Origin: a virus
Direction: 5' to 3' (one strand)
Length of the DNA: 64,000 nucleotides
Virus record (IMG/VR): IMGVR_UViG_3300040770_000547
The notes below the pieces were generated by a model. That model was given only the letters and a program-made list of their open reading frames with translations. It was not told the DNA's origin and did no database searches. Below are positions 1-7,692 of the stretch, one piece after another. The position numbers were made by a program, and so were the translations under genes. The first letter of the stretch is position 1. Each line of letters begins with the position of its first letter.

Positions 1-72
1 CAGCTTGGATCTGGCAGCCGGACTGTAAATCCGGTCTTGTTACGGGGAGAGGTTCGAGTCCTCGGGTTCTCA
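1..72 (+). tRNA. trnY: tRNA-Tyr(GTA), 5' end cut by window edge
   Basis: Anticodon arm CCGGA-CTGTAAA-TCCGG, long variable arm, T-loop GGTTCGAGTCC; no encoded CCA. Confidence 0.9.
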
Positions 73-80
73 CAATAAAA

Positions 81-168
81 GGAAGGTTAATCCAAGTTGG
101 TCTAAGGGATGCGGTCTTGAAAACCGTTAGTCGTAATTGGCGTGTGGGTTCGAGTCCTACACCTTCCG
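81..168 (+). tRNA. trnS: tRNA-Ser(TGA)
   Basis: GGAAGGT/ACCTTCC acceptor, loop CTTGAAA, long variable arm, GGTTCGAGTCC, G73. Confidence 0.93.
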
Positions 169-172
169 CAAC

Positions 173-261
173 AGAAGAATGTCCGAGAGGCTGAAAGAGC
201 TCGTCCGCTAAACGAGTGTGCATGGAATATGGCACCGTGGGTTCGAATCCCACTTCTTCTA
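173..261 (+). tRNA. trnS: tRNA-Ser(GCT), non-canonical C33
   Basis: AGAAGAA/TTCTTCT acceptor, CTCGT-CCGCTAA-ACGAG anticodon arm, long variable arm, GGTTCGAATCC. Confidence 0.88.
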
Positions 262-268
262 CAAATAT

Positions 269-341
269 TCTTGTGTAGCTCAGTGGTCAGAGCGTCCGAC
301 TGTTAATCGGAGGGCCGTAGGTTCAAATCCTACCTCAAGAG
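269..341 (+). tRNA. trnN: tRNA-Asn(GTT)
   Basis: Cloverleaf with TCCGA-CTGTTAA-TCGGA and GGTTCAAATCC. Confidence 0.93.
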
Positions 342-347
342 CAAAAT

Positions 348-421
348 ACGCTGGTGTCCGAGTGGTCCAAGGAAGATGTCTGCAAAACTGAAGAGCGTGA
401 GTTCGAATCTCACCCGGCGTT
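348..421 (+). tRNA. trnC: tRNA-Cys(GCA) with poorly paired anticodon stem (possible pseudo-tRNA)
   Basis: ACGCTGG/CCGGCGT acceptor, loop CTGCAAA, T-arm GTGAG-TTCGAAT-CTCAC, U73; only 2 of 5 anticodon-stem pairs form. Confidence 0.75.
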
Positions 422-499
422 CTAGAATCTACAGACTGTAGCGTGCTGTAGCTCTATCTTGTTGCCAATAAAATAAGACCTAATTTTAAAGTAAACATA

Positions 500-829
500 A
501 TGAATACAAGTACAAAACAAACTGAAAATTTAGCCAAATGTAGCGATAAGTCAAAACCATTGTTAGTGGCAGTTACTTGTCAATTAACTGAACGTGGTTT
601 TTCAACTAAAAACAGAGATAAAGTTAATGATGATAGGTTAGGTATAAAATTATCTTTTACAAATGAAGTTGGTAAATATGTTGAAATTTACGATGAAGAT
701 ACTTATTTGCATATTTTGCATTATGGATTTGATGGCAAATATTTACCTATTGGGTTTGATGTTTTATTTATAAAAGATATTAAAAAATATGGCGCGTTTT
801 TAGACGGTATTTTGGCTAATTGCCTGTAG
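500..829 (+). CDS. hypothetical protein inserted in tRNA cluster
   Basis: 109-aa ORF with A-rich leader; no catalytic motif recognised. Confidence 0.7.
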   Translation: MNTSTKQTENLAKCSDKSKPLLVAVTCQLTERGFSTKNRDKVNDDRLGIKLSFTNEVGKYVEIYDEDTYLHILHYGFDGKYLPIGFDVLFIKDIKKYGAFLDGILANCL

Positions 830-898
830 CACTTTGCTAAACGATATCAACTTAAGAGTGAGCCTTGTTATGATTGTCAAAAGTTGCTACAGTAAAAT

Positions 899-971
899 AG
901 TCGCCAGCATAATGGCATGCAGCAGGTCTCCAACACCTTGCATGGATGAGGTTCGATTCCTCAGGTGATTG
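899..971 (+). tRNA. trnW: tRNA-Trp(CCA)
   Basis: AGTCGCC/GGTGATT acceptor, loop CTCCAAC, T-arm TGAGG-TTCGATT-CCTCA. Confidence 0.85.
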
Positions 972-975
972 CTAA

Positions 976-1047
976 GGGAAAGTAGCTCAGGGGTAGAGCA
1001 CCAGATTGAAGATCTGGGTGTCGGTGGTTCGAGACCACCTTTTCCCA
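976..1047 (+). tRNA. trnF: tRNA-Phe(GAA)
   Basis: GGGAAAG/TTTTCCC acceptor, CCAGA-TTGAAGA-TCTGG, GGTTCGAGACC. Confidence 0.92.
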
Positions 1048-1119
1048 CTTATAAACCTACTGTTTATTTAATAAGCTAACACGTACTAAAAACTTGAGTT
1101 AAATTTTAATAGTATAAAT

Positions 1120-1149
1120 TTGGTTATTATATTAATTTTAGTATATTCG
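1120..1149 (+). promoter_or_regulatory. Bacteroidota-type housekeeping promoter (TTG-N19-TAnnTTcG)
   Basis: TTG at 1120, 19-nt spacer, TATATTCG at 1142; one mismatch from the TAnnTTTG -7 element. Confidence 0.6.
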
Positions 1150-1168
1150 TAGTCCCAAACCATTTGTT

Positions 1169-1255
1169 ATGTATATGCTATTTTTTACTGTTGGAGTAGT
1201 TATAGGTATTATTCTATATCGTTTCTTTTGCGACGATCCAAAAATTAGCAAATAA
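1169..1255 (+). CDS. small membrane peptide (28 aa)
   Basis: MYMLFFTVGVVIGIILYRFFCDDPKISK between a promoter and a terminator; below ORF-track cutoff. Confidence 0.5.
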   Translation: MYMLFFTVGVVIGIILYRFFCDDPKISK

Positions 1256-1282
1256 CCAGACAAAATCAAACCTACTAAAACC

Positions 1283-1310
1283 AAGCCCTGCCCCAAGCAA
1301 GGCTTTTTTT
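1283..1310 (+). terminator. intrinsic terminator
   Basis: AAGCCCTGC-CCCAA-GCAAGGCTT then T-run. Confidence 0.7.
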
Positions 1311-1379
1311 ATATGCCTCGGTTTCTGCTTTCTTTAAAACCTGATTTTTAGTATTATAATAAGTACTAGCACATTCGAT

Positions 1380-2333
1380 ATGATATACTATAGCAAACAA
1401 AAAGTACAGGCGGCACAACAGGGTGCTATATTACTAAACAACGATGCTCGATTGAGAAACGCTGTTCTAAGAAACGTAAGGACTATGGGCGGACCAATGA
1501 AAAAAACAACTCCGGTAACGCCTTTTTTAAAAGCCTCTATAGCCCCTTTAAAACAAAGTTTTCCTTCTAGAGTAAACGAGTCCACAAACGTTCCAAAAAT
1601 AAAGCCGCTCCTTACAACTCAAGAAGCAGCAAATAGCTTGACTGTTAAAGAAAAAGCCGGAGTAGCAAAAGCCTACTTAAACGAGTGGATGGCTTCACCC
1701 AGGTATATGGAAATGATCAAAACAAGCGCCCCTAAAAACTTCCAAAAAATAACGGAAAGAAGACAGGCTGATTTATACTCCGCGCAAGCAAGCTACATGC
1801 ATAGAGATAAAGGAAACACTGCTGCTGACTCCAGAAATTCGGACGGCAGTATTCGAGTATTCCGAAAAGGTGTAGGTACTAACGGTACTCTAGTGCATGA
1901 GATGTCGCACTCAAGCGACAGAACTGGCCGAAGTACAGGCGAAAGGCTGCCCATAACGGATGTAAAAAGAATAGCAATGTTCTCCAATAGCGCTTATAGT
2001 GCAGTTAATAAAATAGTTCCAAATGAAAGAGCTGAAAGAAGAAGATGGGTATCTTATGTCACAGACCCTACAGAAACAAGAGCGCGATTAAATGACGTCC
2101 GATTTCAGTCTAAAGAGCGCAGTATTTACGACCCCTTTAAGCAAAAAGTTACTCCTGAAATATATGACAATATGAAAAGCCAAAATTTTGAAGATGAACA
2201 ACACAGTGGCTTCGATGCTTTAAAACAGCTGAGAGGAATCTACTCAGACAAGGAAGTAATAAACTTATTGAACACCGTATCTGAAAATAAAAAGAAAGCC
2301 CTTCCAAACAACATTGAACCACGATACTCATGA
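1380..2333 (+). CDS. HExxH zincin-like metallopeptidase, probable virion/ejected protein
   Basis: TLVHEMSH plus downstream PTETRARL; paralog of next ORF. Confidence 0.65.
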   Translation: MIYYSKQKVQAAQQGAILLNNDARLRNAVLRNVRTMGGPMKKTTPVTPFLKASIAPLKQSFPSRVNESTNVPKIKPLLTTQEAANSLTVKEKAGVAKAYLNEWMASPRYMEMIKTSAPKNFQKITERRQADLYSAQASYMHRDKGNTAADSRNSDGSIRVFRKGVGTNGTLVHEMSHSSDRTGRSTGERLPITDVKRIAMFSNSAYSAVNKIVPNERAERRRWVSYVTDPTETRARLNDVRFQSKERSIYDPFKQKVTPEIYDNMKSQNFEDEQHSGFDALKQLRGIYSDKEVINLLNTVSENKKKALPNNIEPRYS

Positions 2334-3742
2334 TCTACTATAACAATAAAAGCGCCTCTGCCAAGTTACAGACCGGAGGTCAGACTCCCAAAGAATTCCA
2401 GACAGAATACATCCAGTCCTCTAAATACGCAGCGCGACTTAAGAGTAGCGGATATCAAGCCATACCTAAAGTAGTTGAAAAAAGACTTGGCCAAGTAGAA
2501 CAAACCGGGCTAAACAAATATAGAAAAACACTGGGTGAGGCCTTGATGTCTTTCCAAGTCCCTGCAGGCACCGGTAGTCATTTCGATAATTCAAGAGTCA
2601 ACATAGATTATAAAACTGATCTACATGATTTAAAAAAAGGATATCCAGGAATGACCATGCCTAGCCCAATAGAAGTAGAAGCACATGAGTTTTCTCATCC
2701 AAGTGTAGCCGATCTAAAAGGCTTATCACAAGATAATATCATGAACGATTACGACAACAGACAGCTTATTGGCAGAGGCCAGCGCCTTCCGTACGTAAAC
2801 GACCACGATAAAAGAGCCAGTGAAAACAAGGCGGACATCGACGCCTACAGGTACATGCTGAAACAGAAAGGGGTGTACGACGCCGGCAAGGAGACCTTCA
2901 CGAAAGAACATCTGAAAAACAATTCCAAGAATTTCAGTCGAGAACGCCTTCAAAGAAACTACTCTGATAAAAATCTGATCTGGCTTATGAACAACGTGGC
3001 TTCATCTCCGTCAGTGCCTTCGGCTTCGCCGCCTGTCGCGGGATCGAGTCCTCTTGTACCTTATAATAATTCGCAGCGCGTAATGAAAGCACAGGCCGGC
3101 ATGCAAATGGATTGGGATGCAGTTAGAAATGTTAACGACAACGGCCTTGTGCAAACTGCTAAGATATTTGACCCTACTGGAATATCTTCCTATCCCGATG
3201 TGTACTATGCCTATAAAGATATGGTTGCAGGAAAAGGGTCCGCTACAAATTTGGGACTTAATATATTAGGAGCTCTACCGGTAATAGGTAAAGCCAAGAC
3301 TATATTTAGAATGGCCAAACTAAACAGGGTTGGAAAACCTACTGTAGGCTTAATAAAAGCAATGGATGGAGTAGCGTCAATAACCTCAAGCATAAACAAA
3401 GTTACCGGGGCACCAGTAGCCTACGCAAGAACTCTTTCAGGATCGAGCAATAGGGTAGTTCGAGGTGCGTCCTACTTAGCAAAAGGAGCTGATAATATAA
3501 GTACAAACCTCGCTAAAAAATTAAGGCCTACTGGAGAAAAGTATTCTTATAAAGTAATTACCAACTCTGACTATAAAAACCTAGGAGTAGACGTGCTAGA
3601 TACAGGGAACTTTTTACATGACTTAAATGCTGCCGTATCTACAGCAGTGCCTACAAAGAAATCACTGATCGATAAAAATAAAAAAATTGTTTTTACAGAC
3701 TCGAATAATGCTGAGAAAGCATATACTAACATAAACCAATAA
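2330..3742 (+). CDS. HExxH zincin-like metallopeptidase fused to a DPTG...GALPVIGK (pre-toxin-TG-like) module
   Basis: EAHEFSH, ASENKAD; second domain after KAQAG motif; ATGA overlap with previous gene. Confidence 0.62.
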   Translation: MIYYNNKSASAKLQTGGQTPKEFQTEYIQSSKYAARLKSSGYQAIPKVVEKRLGQVEQTGLNKYRKTLGEALMSFQVPAGTGSHFDNSRVNIDYKTDLHDLKKGYPGMTMPSPIEVEAHEFSHPSVADLKGLSQDNIMNDYDNRQLIGRGQRLPYVNDHDKRASENKADIDAYRYMLKQKGVYDAGKETFTKEHLKNNSKNFSRERLQRNYSDKNLIWLMNNVASSPSVPSASPPVAGSSPLVPYNNSQRVMKAQAGMQMDWDAVRNVNDNGLVQTAKIFDPTGISSYPDVYYAYKDMVAGKGSATNLGLNILGALPVIGKAKTIFRMAKLNRVGKPTVGLIKAMDGVASITSSINKVTGAPVAYARTLSGSSNRVVRGASYLAKGADNISTNLAKKLRPTGEKYSYKVITNSDYKNLGVDVLDTGNFLHDLNAAVSTAVPTKKSLIDKNKKIVFTDSNNAEKAYTNINQ

Positions 3743-3744
3743 CA

Positions 3745-3993
3745 ATGAACAAATTTGAAGAGGCAATACAAATAGCCAAAGGAGTAACTAACTTTCTTAG
3801 AATGAAAGCAAATATAGCCAACAACGACATAGAAGAGCTGCATAAAAGAAGGTATGCAGTATGCAAGGTGTGCGAGTTTAGAAATCCAGATAATGATAAA
3901 TGCAATTCATGCGGATGTCCTTTGCAATTAAGAACGCGCGCTCCTGAAACTGCCTGCCCAAAAGAGTTTTGGAAAGCGGTTATTTCGGTATAA
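3745..3993 (+). CDS. small Cys-rich (Zn/Fe-binding) protein, DUF6171-like
   Basis: RYAVCKVCE...CNSCGC......CPKEFW pattern. Confidence 0.6.
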   Translation: MNKFEEAIQIAKGVTNFLRMKANIANNDIEELHKRRYAVCKVCEFRNPDNDKCNSCGCPLQLRTRAPETACPKEFWKAVISV

Positions 3994-3996
3994 AAG

Positions 3997-4039
3997 CTGC
4001 ACTTTTTGATACTCAAACCTGCACTTTTTGATACTCAAA
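3997..4039. repeat. tandem duplication, 2 x CTGCACTTTTTGATACTCAAA
   Basis: Exact 21-bp copies at 3997-4017 and 4019-4039. Confidence 0.95.
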
Positions 4040-4249
4040 TGTTCGTTAACCCCTGATACCAGTGGGCTGCCAAGCTCCTAACAATAACAGTAAGAAACCT
4101 CGTCTTCACGTGCGTCTTGTTACGGGGAGAACCCGGGTTTCTAATGACCTCCTCCCATTATTGTTTCACATAATTTCCCTCCTCCTAAAACAGAGGATTT
4201 TTTAAAGTATTATATAAATAATAAATATAAACAGCTAAATATTAGAACC

Positions 4250-5473
4250 ATGGCAGAATCATTTGAAGGCAAAAAAATAATTAGTAACCCACTGGCAAAT
4301 CTTCGCCCACAGAAAATGCAGTACGGTGCAAAGGTAGGTGGGTTCGGTAAAGTGAACAGACAGGAGGTCTTCACAACCACTGTAAAAGGCTCCGATGCTA
4401 AGGGCATGTATACGGACACGAATAAAAACCAGGCGAATGATTTCTACCCAGGATCTCCTGCAAAAACGCACACGGCCAATGCCTGGTTTAATGGTTTGAC
4501 AGCGCAACAAAAAGCTGCTCATAATACTATGATGCGTGCTAAAGATGCTGCAGCAAGAATCCCAAGTGCTACTGTACCTGGAATGACCAGCACTAATAGA
4601 GTGTATGATCCTGTTGCACCAGTGGCCCCTAAACCAGGTAGATTCTGGACAGCAGAAGGTACAGGCATGAAGTTCGGAGGACACACCAACAGAGGAACTA
4701 CTTCAGATCAAAACGTGATCAATAGCGGTATGGCTAAGAACAAAATAGATATCCAATATCCTCAGAGTAAAAACAATACCTACGAATCAAGAGCGTTCAC
4801 TGCTACGGAAAACGAGCTTTGGAAAAAAGGTAAACTAAACAACTCTGACAATCCAATCGGTAGAGATACAATTGGTAGAGCTATGCAGCAAAAGATAATG
4901 CTTGCTTCTATGAACTCTCCAGTAAAAAGAAGAGTTATCCAGACCTCATCAATAGCTACAAGAAAAGCAGGTGGAACAATGATGGCAAGTAAATCTTCTG
5001 GATGTGGTTGCGGTGATAGCAAAATGCAAGAAGGCGGACCTGTTACAAGTATGTCAATGCAAACAGCCAAAGGATCTATGATGGGCGCTACAACTGCTAT
5101 GATGAAACAAAGAAAAGACAAAGTAAAGGCCTCATCTGGTACTAAAACATTAGGTACAATATCTAACATGGGTATGAGTTCAACACCTAAGTATGGCATG
5201 GGAACTAAAAAAGTAATGCAAGATGGCGGCCCGGTAACCCCAAAGCCTAATGCTGTAAAGTACAAAGTGCCTTTAACTACTAAGAAAGCTTCCGGAAAGA
5301 CTAATTCATCTGAGCAAGAAGAGCCAGAGGGGAACCAGAAATCCTATAAGCCTGCAGCTGGAGCAAGAATGCCACAGCCTGGTAAACAAGTAGGACGCCG
5401 TCGTACTATGTACGCTGATGGTGGTAACATTCCACAGATTGACGAGGAGTCTCCCATTAGATATCGACGCTAA
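4250..5473 (+). CDS. low-complexity M/K/G-rich protein with repeated xxQxGG motifs, probable internal virion protein
   Basis: KMQYGA, KMQEGG, VMQDGG, MYADGG motifs; largely disordered composition. Confidence 0.7.
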   Translation: MAESFEGKKIISNPLANLRPQKMQYGAKVGGFGKVNRQEVFTTTVKGSDAKGMYTDTNKNQANDFYPGSPAKTHTANAWFNGLTAQQKAAHNTMMRAKDAAARIPSATVPGMTSTNRVYDPVAPVAPKPGRFWTAEGTGMKFGGHTNRGTTSDQNVINSGMAKNKIDIQYPQSKNNTYESRAFTATENELWKKGKLNNSDNPIGRDTIGRAMQQKIMLASMNSPVKRRVIQTSSIATRKAGGTMMASKSSGCGCGDSKMQEGGPVTSMSMQTAKGSMMGATTAMMKQRKDKVKASSGTKTLGTISNMGMSSTPKYGMGTKKVMQDGGPVTPKPNAVKYKVPLTTKKASGKTNSSEQEEPEGNQKSYKPAAGARMPQPGKQVGRRRTMYADGGNIPQIDEESPIRYRR

Positions 5474-6281
5474 AGTTTCGTTCTATAATCTATCGCCAGC
5501 ACCTACTGTAATAGCTCCTTCGCCTGCGGCCGTGGCTACAACAGCTACTCCAGCAGCCCCAGTAGATCCAACAACAAGCGCTTTATTTGGAGGAGCCAGC
5601 TCAGCGCTAGAACATCTGTACAATGCTACCGACGGGACTAATAATTTCGATAAAGTAGTCGACTTTCTTGGCACCATGGCAGAGGCAGAAAGTTTTAAGG
5701 GTAAGCAGACCTACAGTCTCACCTCATCCGCCTCAGGAATATTCCATTTCCTTACAGGCAACGGAGGCGGGCACAACAAAGCAGGCGTAAAAGAGGACCT
5801 AGGCCAGTATGATGCCAAAGGAGTTCTTAGAACATCCTCTTTTGAAACAGCAAAGAAAAGATTACGCGCCATGATGGGGAATCCTAAGTACTCTGATAGT
5901 ATAAAGAAACAGCCCGGCTTAGTGTACGAGCTTTCTACTGTACTTCAGGCACGCACACCGGACGATTTGTCCCCACAAAAGCAGGCTATCCTGGCATACG
6001 CCAACCTGAAGATGCAGTCCAACGATTTCTCTAGCTATCTGCAGGGAAAACAAGCTGCTTCAGACGTGTATGGCAAGGTTTGGGTAACCCGAGGTAGCAC
6101 ACATAGCGACGGAGAGATCAAAACCAACTGGCAAAACGCTATAAAGAGAAGTGTCAACCAGAAATCAAACCACGCCTTCTTCGGTTTAGCCCCTATATCC
6201 ACTATACCAGGTATACCCAACGTACTTCGTGACGGCGGAGCTTTCGATCTGAGAGTCCAACAGAAGAAGACTTTAATCTGA
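5418..6281 (+). CDS. lysozyme/lytic-transglycosylase-like domain protein; may be a +1 frameshifted continuation of 4250-5473
   Basis: MAEAES...SSASGIFHFL resembles SLT motifs I/II; poor own start context; ends with LRDGG. Confidence 0.55.
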   Translation: MVVTFHRLTRSLPLDIDAKVSFYNLSPAPTVIAPSPAAVATTATPAAPVDPTTSALFGGASSALEHLYNATDGTNNFDKVVDFLGTMAEAESFKGKQTYSLTSSASGIFHFLTGNGGGHNKAGVKEDLGQYDAKGVLRTSSFETAKKRLRAMMGNPKYSDSIKKQPGLVYELSTVLQARTPDDLSPQKQAILAYANLKMQSNDFSSYLQGKQAASDVYGKVWVTRGSTHSDGEIKTNWQNAIKRSVNQKSNHAFFGLAPISTIPGIPNVLRDGGAFDLRVQQKKTLI

Positions 6282-6311
6282 CAGCTTCCATTTCTGTAAT
6301 ATTTGTTTTTT

Positions 6312-6346
6312 AACCCTCCTTGTCTCTTACCTTGGAGGGTTTTTTA
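6312..6346 (+). terminator. intrinsic terminator
   Basis: AACCCTCC/GGAGGGTT stem then T-run. Confidence 0.8.
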
Positions 6347-6423
6347 TGTATCTTTACAAGTAAATAAAGAACGCCTACATGCTTTCTTGAAAAAACTATT
6401 TCTGTCATAGGTAATATTAGGGT

Positions 6424-6455
6424 AACCCTGGGTGTAAAAAGCTCAGGGTTTTTTT
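6424..6455 (+). terminator. intrinsic terminator
   Basis: AACCCTGGG/CTCAGGGTT stem then T-run. Confidence 0.75.
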
Positions 6456-6953
6456 GTGCCCTGCTTACAGCGAGCATACGCCAACCTAACTTGGGCAGGT
6501 CCCTTTAATCCTAACCATTCTTCAGCACAGCCCCATCTCCAGGACCCGCGTGCAAACCCGAGAACCCGTGCTTCACATAAAAAGGCCCCCGCCCTTTCCC
6601 GGAGGCTTCGCCAAATGCTGTGTAAAAAGGGGGTAGGGTCTTCCCCTGTAAAAAAATATTTAAAAAAATTTTTGGAATTTTAAGCGCGCAGTGATACACA
6701 TAGCTGAAAATCCCCCGCCGAAAACGTCAGGGAAATGGAATTTGTCGCCGAGCCTTGGGTAGGTCGATCGACTATTCCACAGCTATTCAAGCAGAGAGGG
6801 GTATAGGGGGATATCAAACCTTTGCTGAAATATTTTATTGCATTATATTACAGACAGGGAGGGAGTACCTACTATATGTGTATACTCCAATCACTATAGC
6901 CAGGCTTGATACCTAGTGCATACCAGGGCAGGGAGGGAGGGTGTATATAAAAT
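6456..6953. other. non-coding late/early junction, candidate genome terminus or packaging region
   Basis: GC-rich, C-run-rich then G-run-rich, central A/T tracts; separates late genes from the first early cassette. Confidence 0.4.
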
Positions 6954-6980
6954 AAAGGGCAGCTTCGCCTAGTCTTATTA
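6954..6980 (+). promoter_or_regulatory. early-cassette motif copy 1 (AAAGGGCAGCTTCG-N5-YCTTATYA)
   Basis: Exact core, ~54 nt before ATG 7021. Confidence 0.75.
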
Positions 6981-7020
6981 TTTCATTGTACTATAAACAT
7001 AAACCCTAAACACATACACG

Positions 7021-7206
7021 ATGACACACTTACCTATGATTACTAATGATGAAGCTGTAGAATTGCTAGACTACATAGCAATGAATGATCTAGAGAACGC
7101 ATATGATGCTGAAAGAGATGCTATCTCAGCAGACATGTACGACAACTGCGATCCTTCGGAATTTTTCGGATACTCCGAACTATACGAAGACGAGCTTCCT
7201 TACTAA
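7021..7206 (+). CDS. very acidic 61-aa protein, candidate DNA mimic
   Basis: 17 D/E, 1 R, 0 K; first gene of the early region. Confidence 0.7.
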   Translation: MTHLPMITNDEAVELLDYIAMNDLENAYDAERDAISADMYDNCDPSEFFGYSELYEDELPY

Positions 7207-7211
7207 CTAAT

Positions 7212-7227
7212 AGCCCTTCGGGGCTTT
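7212..7227 (+). terminator. UUCG hairpin ending cassette
   Basis: AGCCC-TTCG-GGGCT-TT. Confidence 0.7.
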
Positions 7228-7242
7228 AAGTTTAATCAATAA

Positions 7243-7269
7243 AAAGGGCAGCTTCGGTAAGTCTTATTA
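7243..7269 (+). promoter_or_regulatory. early-cassette motif copy 2
   Basis: AAAGGGCAGCTTCG-GTAAG-TCTTATTA. Confidence 0.75.
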
Positions 7270-7306
7270 TGTTTTTGTATTTCTCTAATGAGATACCCAA
7301 TTTAAA

Positions 7307-7687
7307 ATGAAGATTATTGAACTAAAAGGAGATATATATGATGTGTTATCTGATGGCGTTGCAGGTGAAAACTGCATAGTGTACCATAATGGTACAGCTA
7401 ATGTATTTAGCAACATGGAAAGAATATACCACTCTCCAAACTTTACAAATTCAGAAGTGTTAGGAGAAATCCGCACACAAGAAGTTGTATCTACAGAGAA
7501 TTTTGACTCTCGATATGGAGGACAAAACTCTTTAGTATCTTCGGATATGAAGAGGGTGCAGGACTTCTCAAGAACCAAGGTTTTCGATGATATCGTAGGC
7601 GATCTTAAAATAGATGCTCTATATATATTTGATAAAGCCTTATTAACAACACATCATTTTGTAGTGTTGAAAGATGATAAGCTATAA
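7307..7687 (+). CDS. hypothetical early protein
   Basis: ORF 51 nt downstream of motif copy 2. Confidence 0.8.
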   Translation: MKIIELKGDIYDVLSDGVAGENCIVYHNGTANVFSNMERIYHSPNFTNSEVLGEIRTQEVVSTENFDSRYGGQNSLVSSDMKRVQDFSRTKVFDDIVGDLKIDALYIFDKALLTTHHFVVLKDDKL

Positions 7688-7692
7688 TACCA

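Noticed and set aside
6456-6699. ORFs 6456-6683 (+) and 6511-6699 (-)
   Set aside because: GTG/poor start context, P/R/A-rich shadow composition in a GC-rich regulatory junction.
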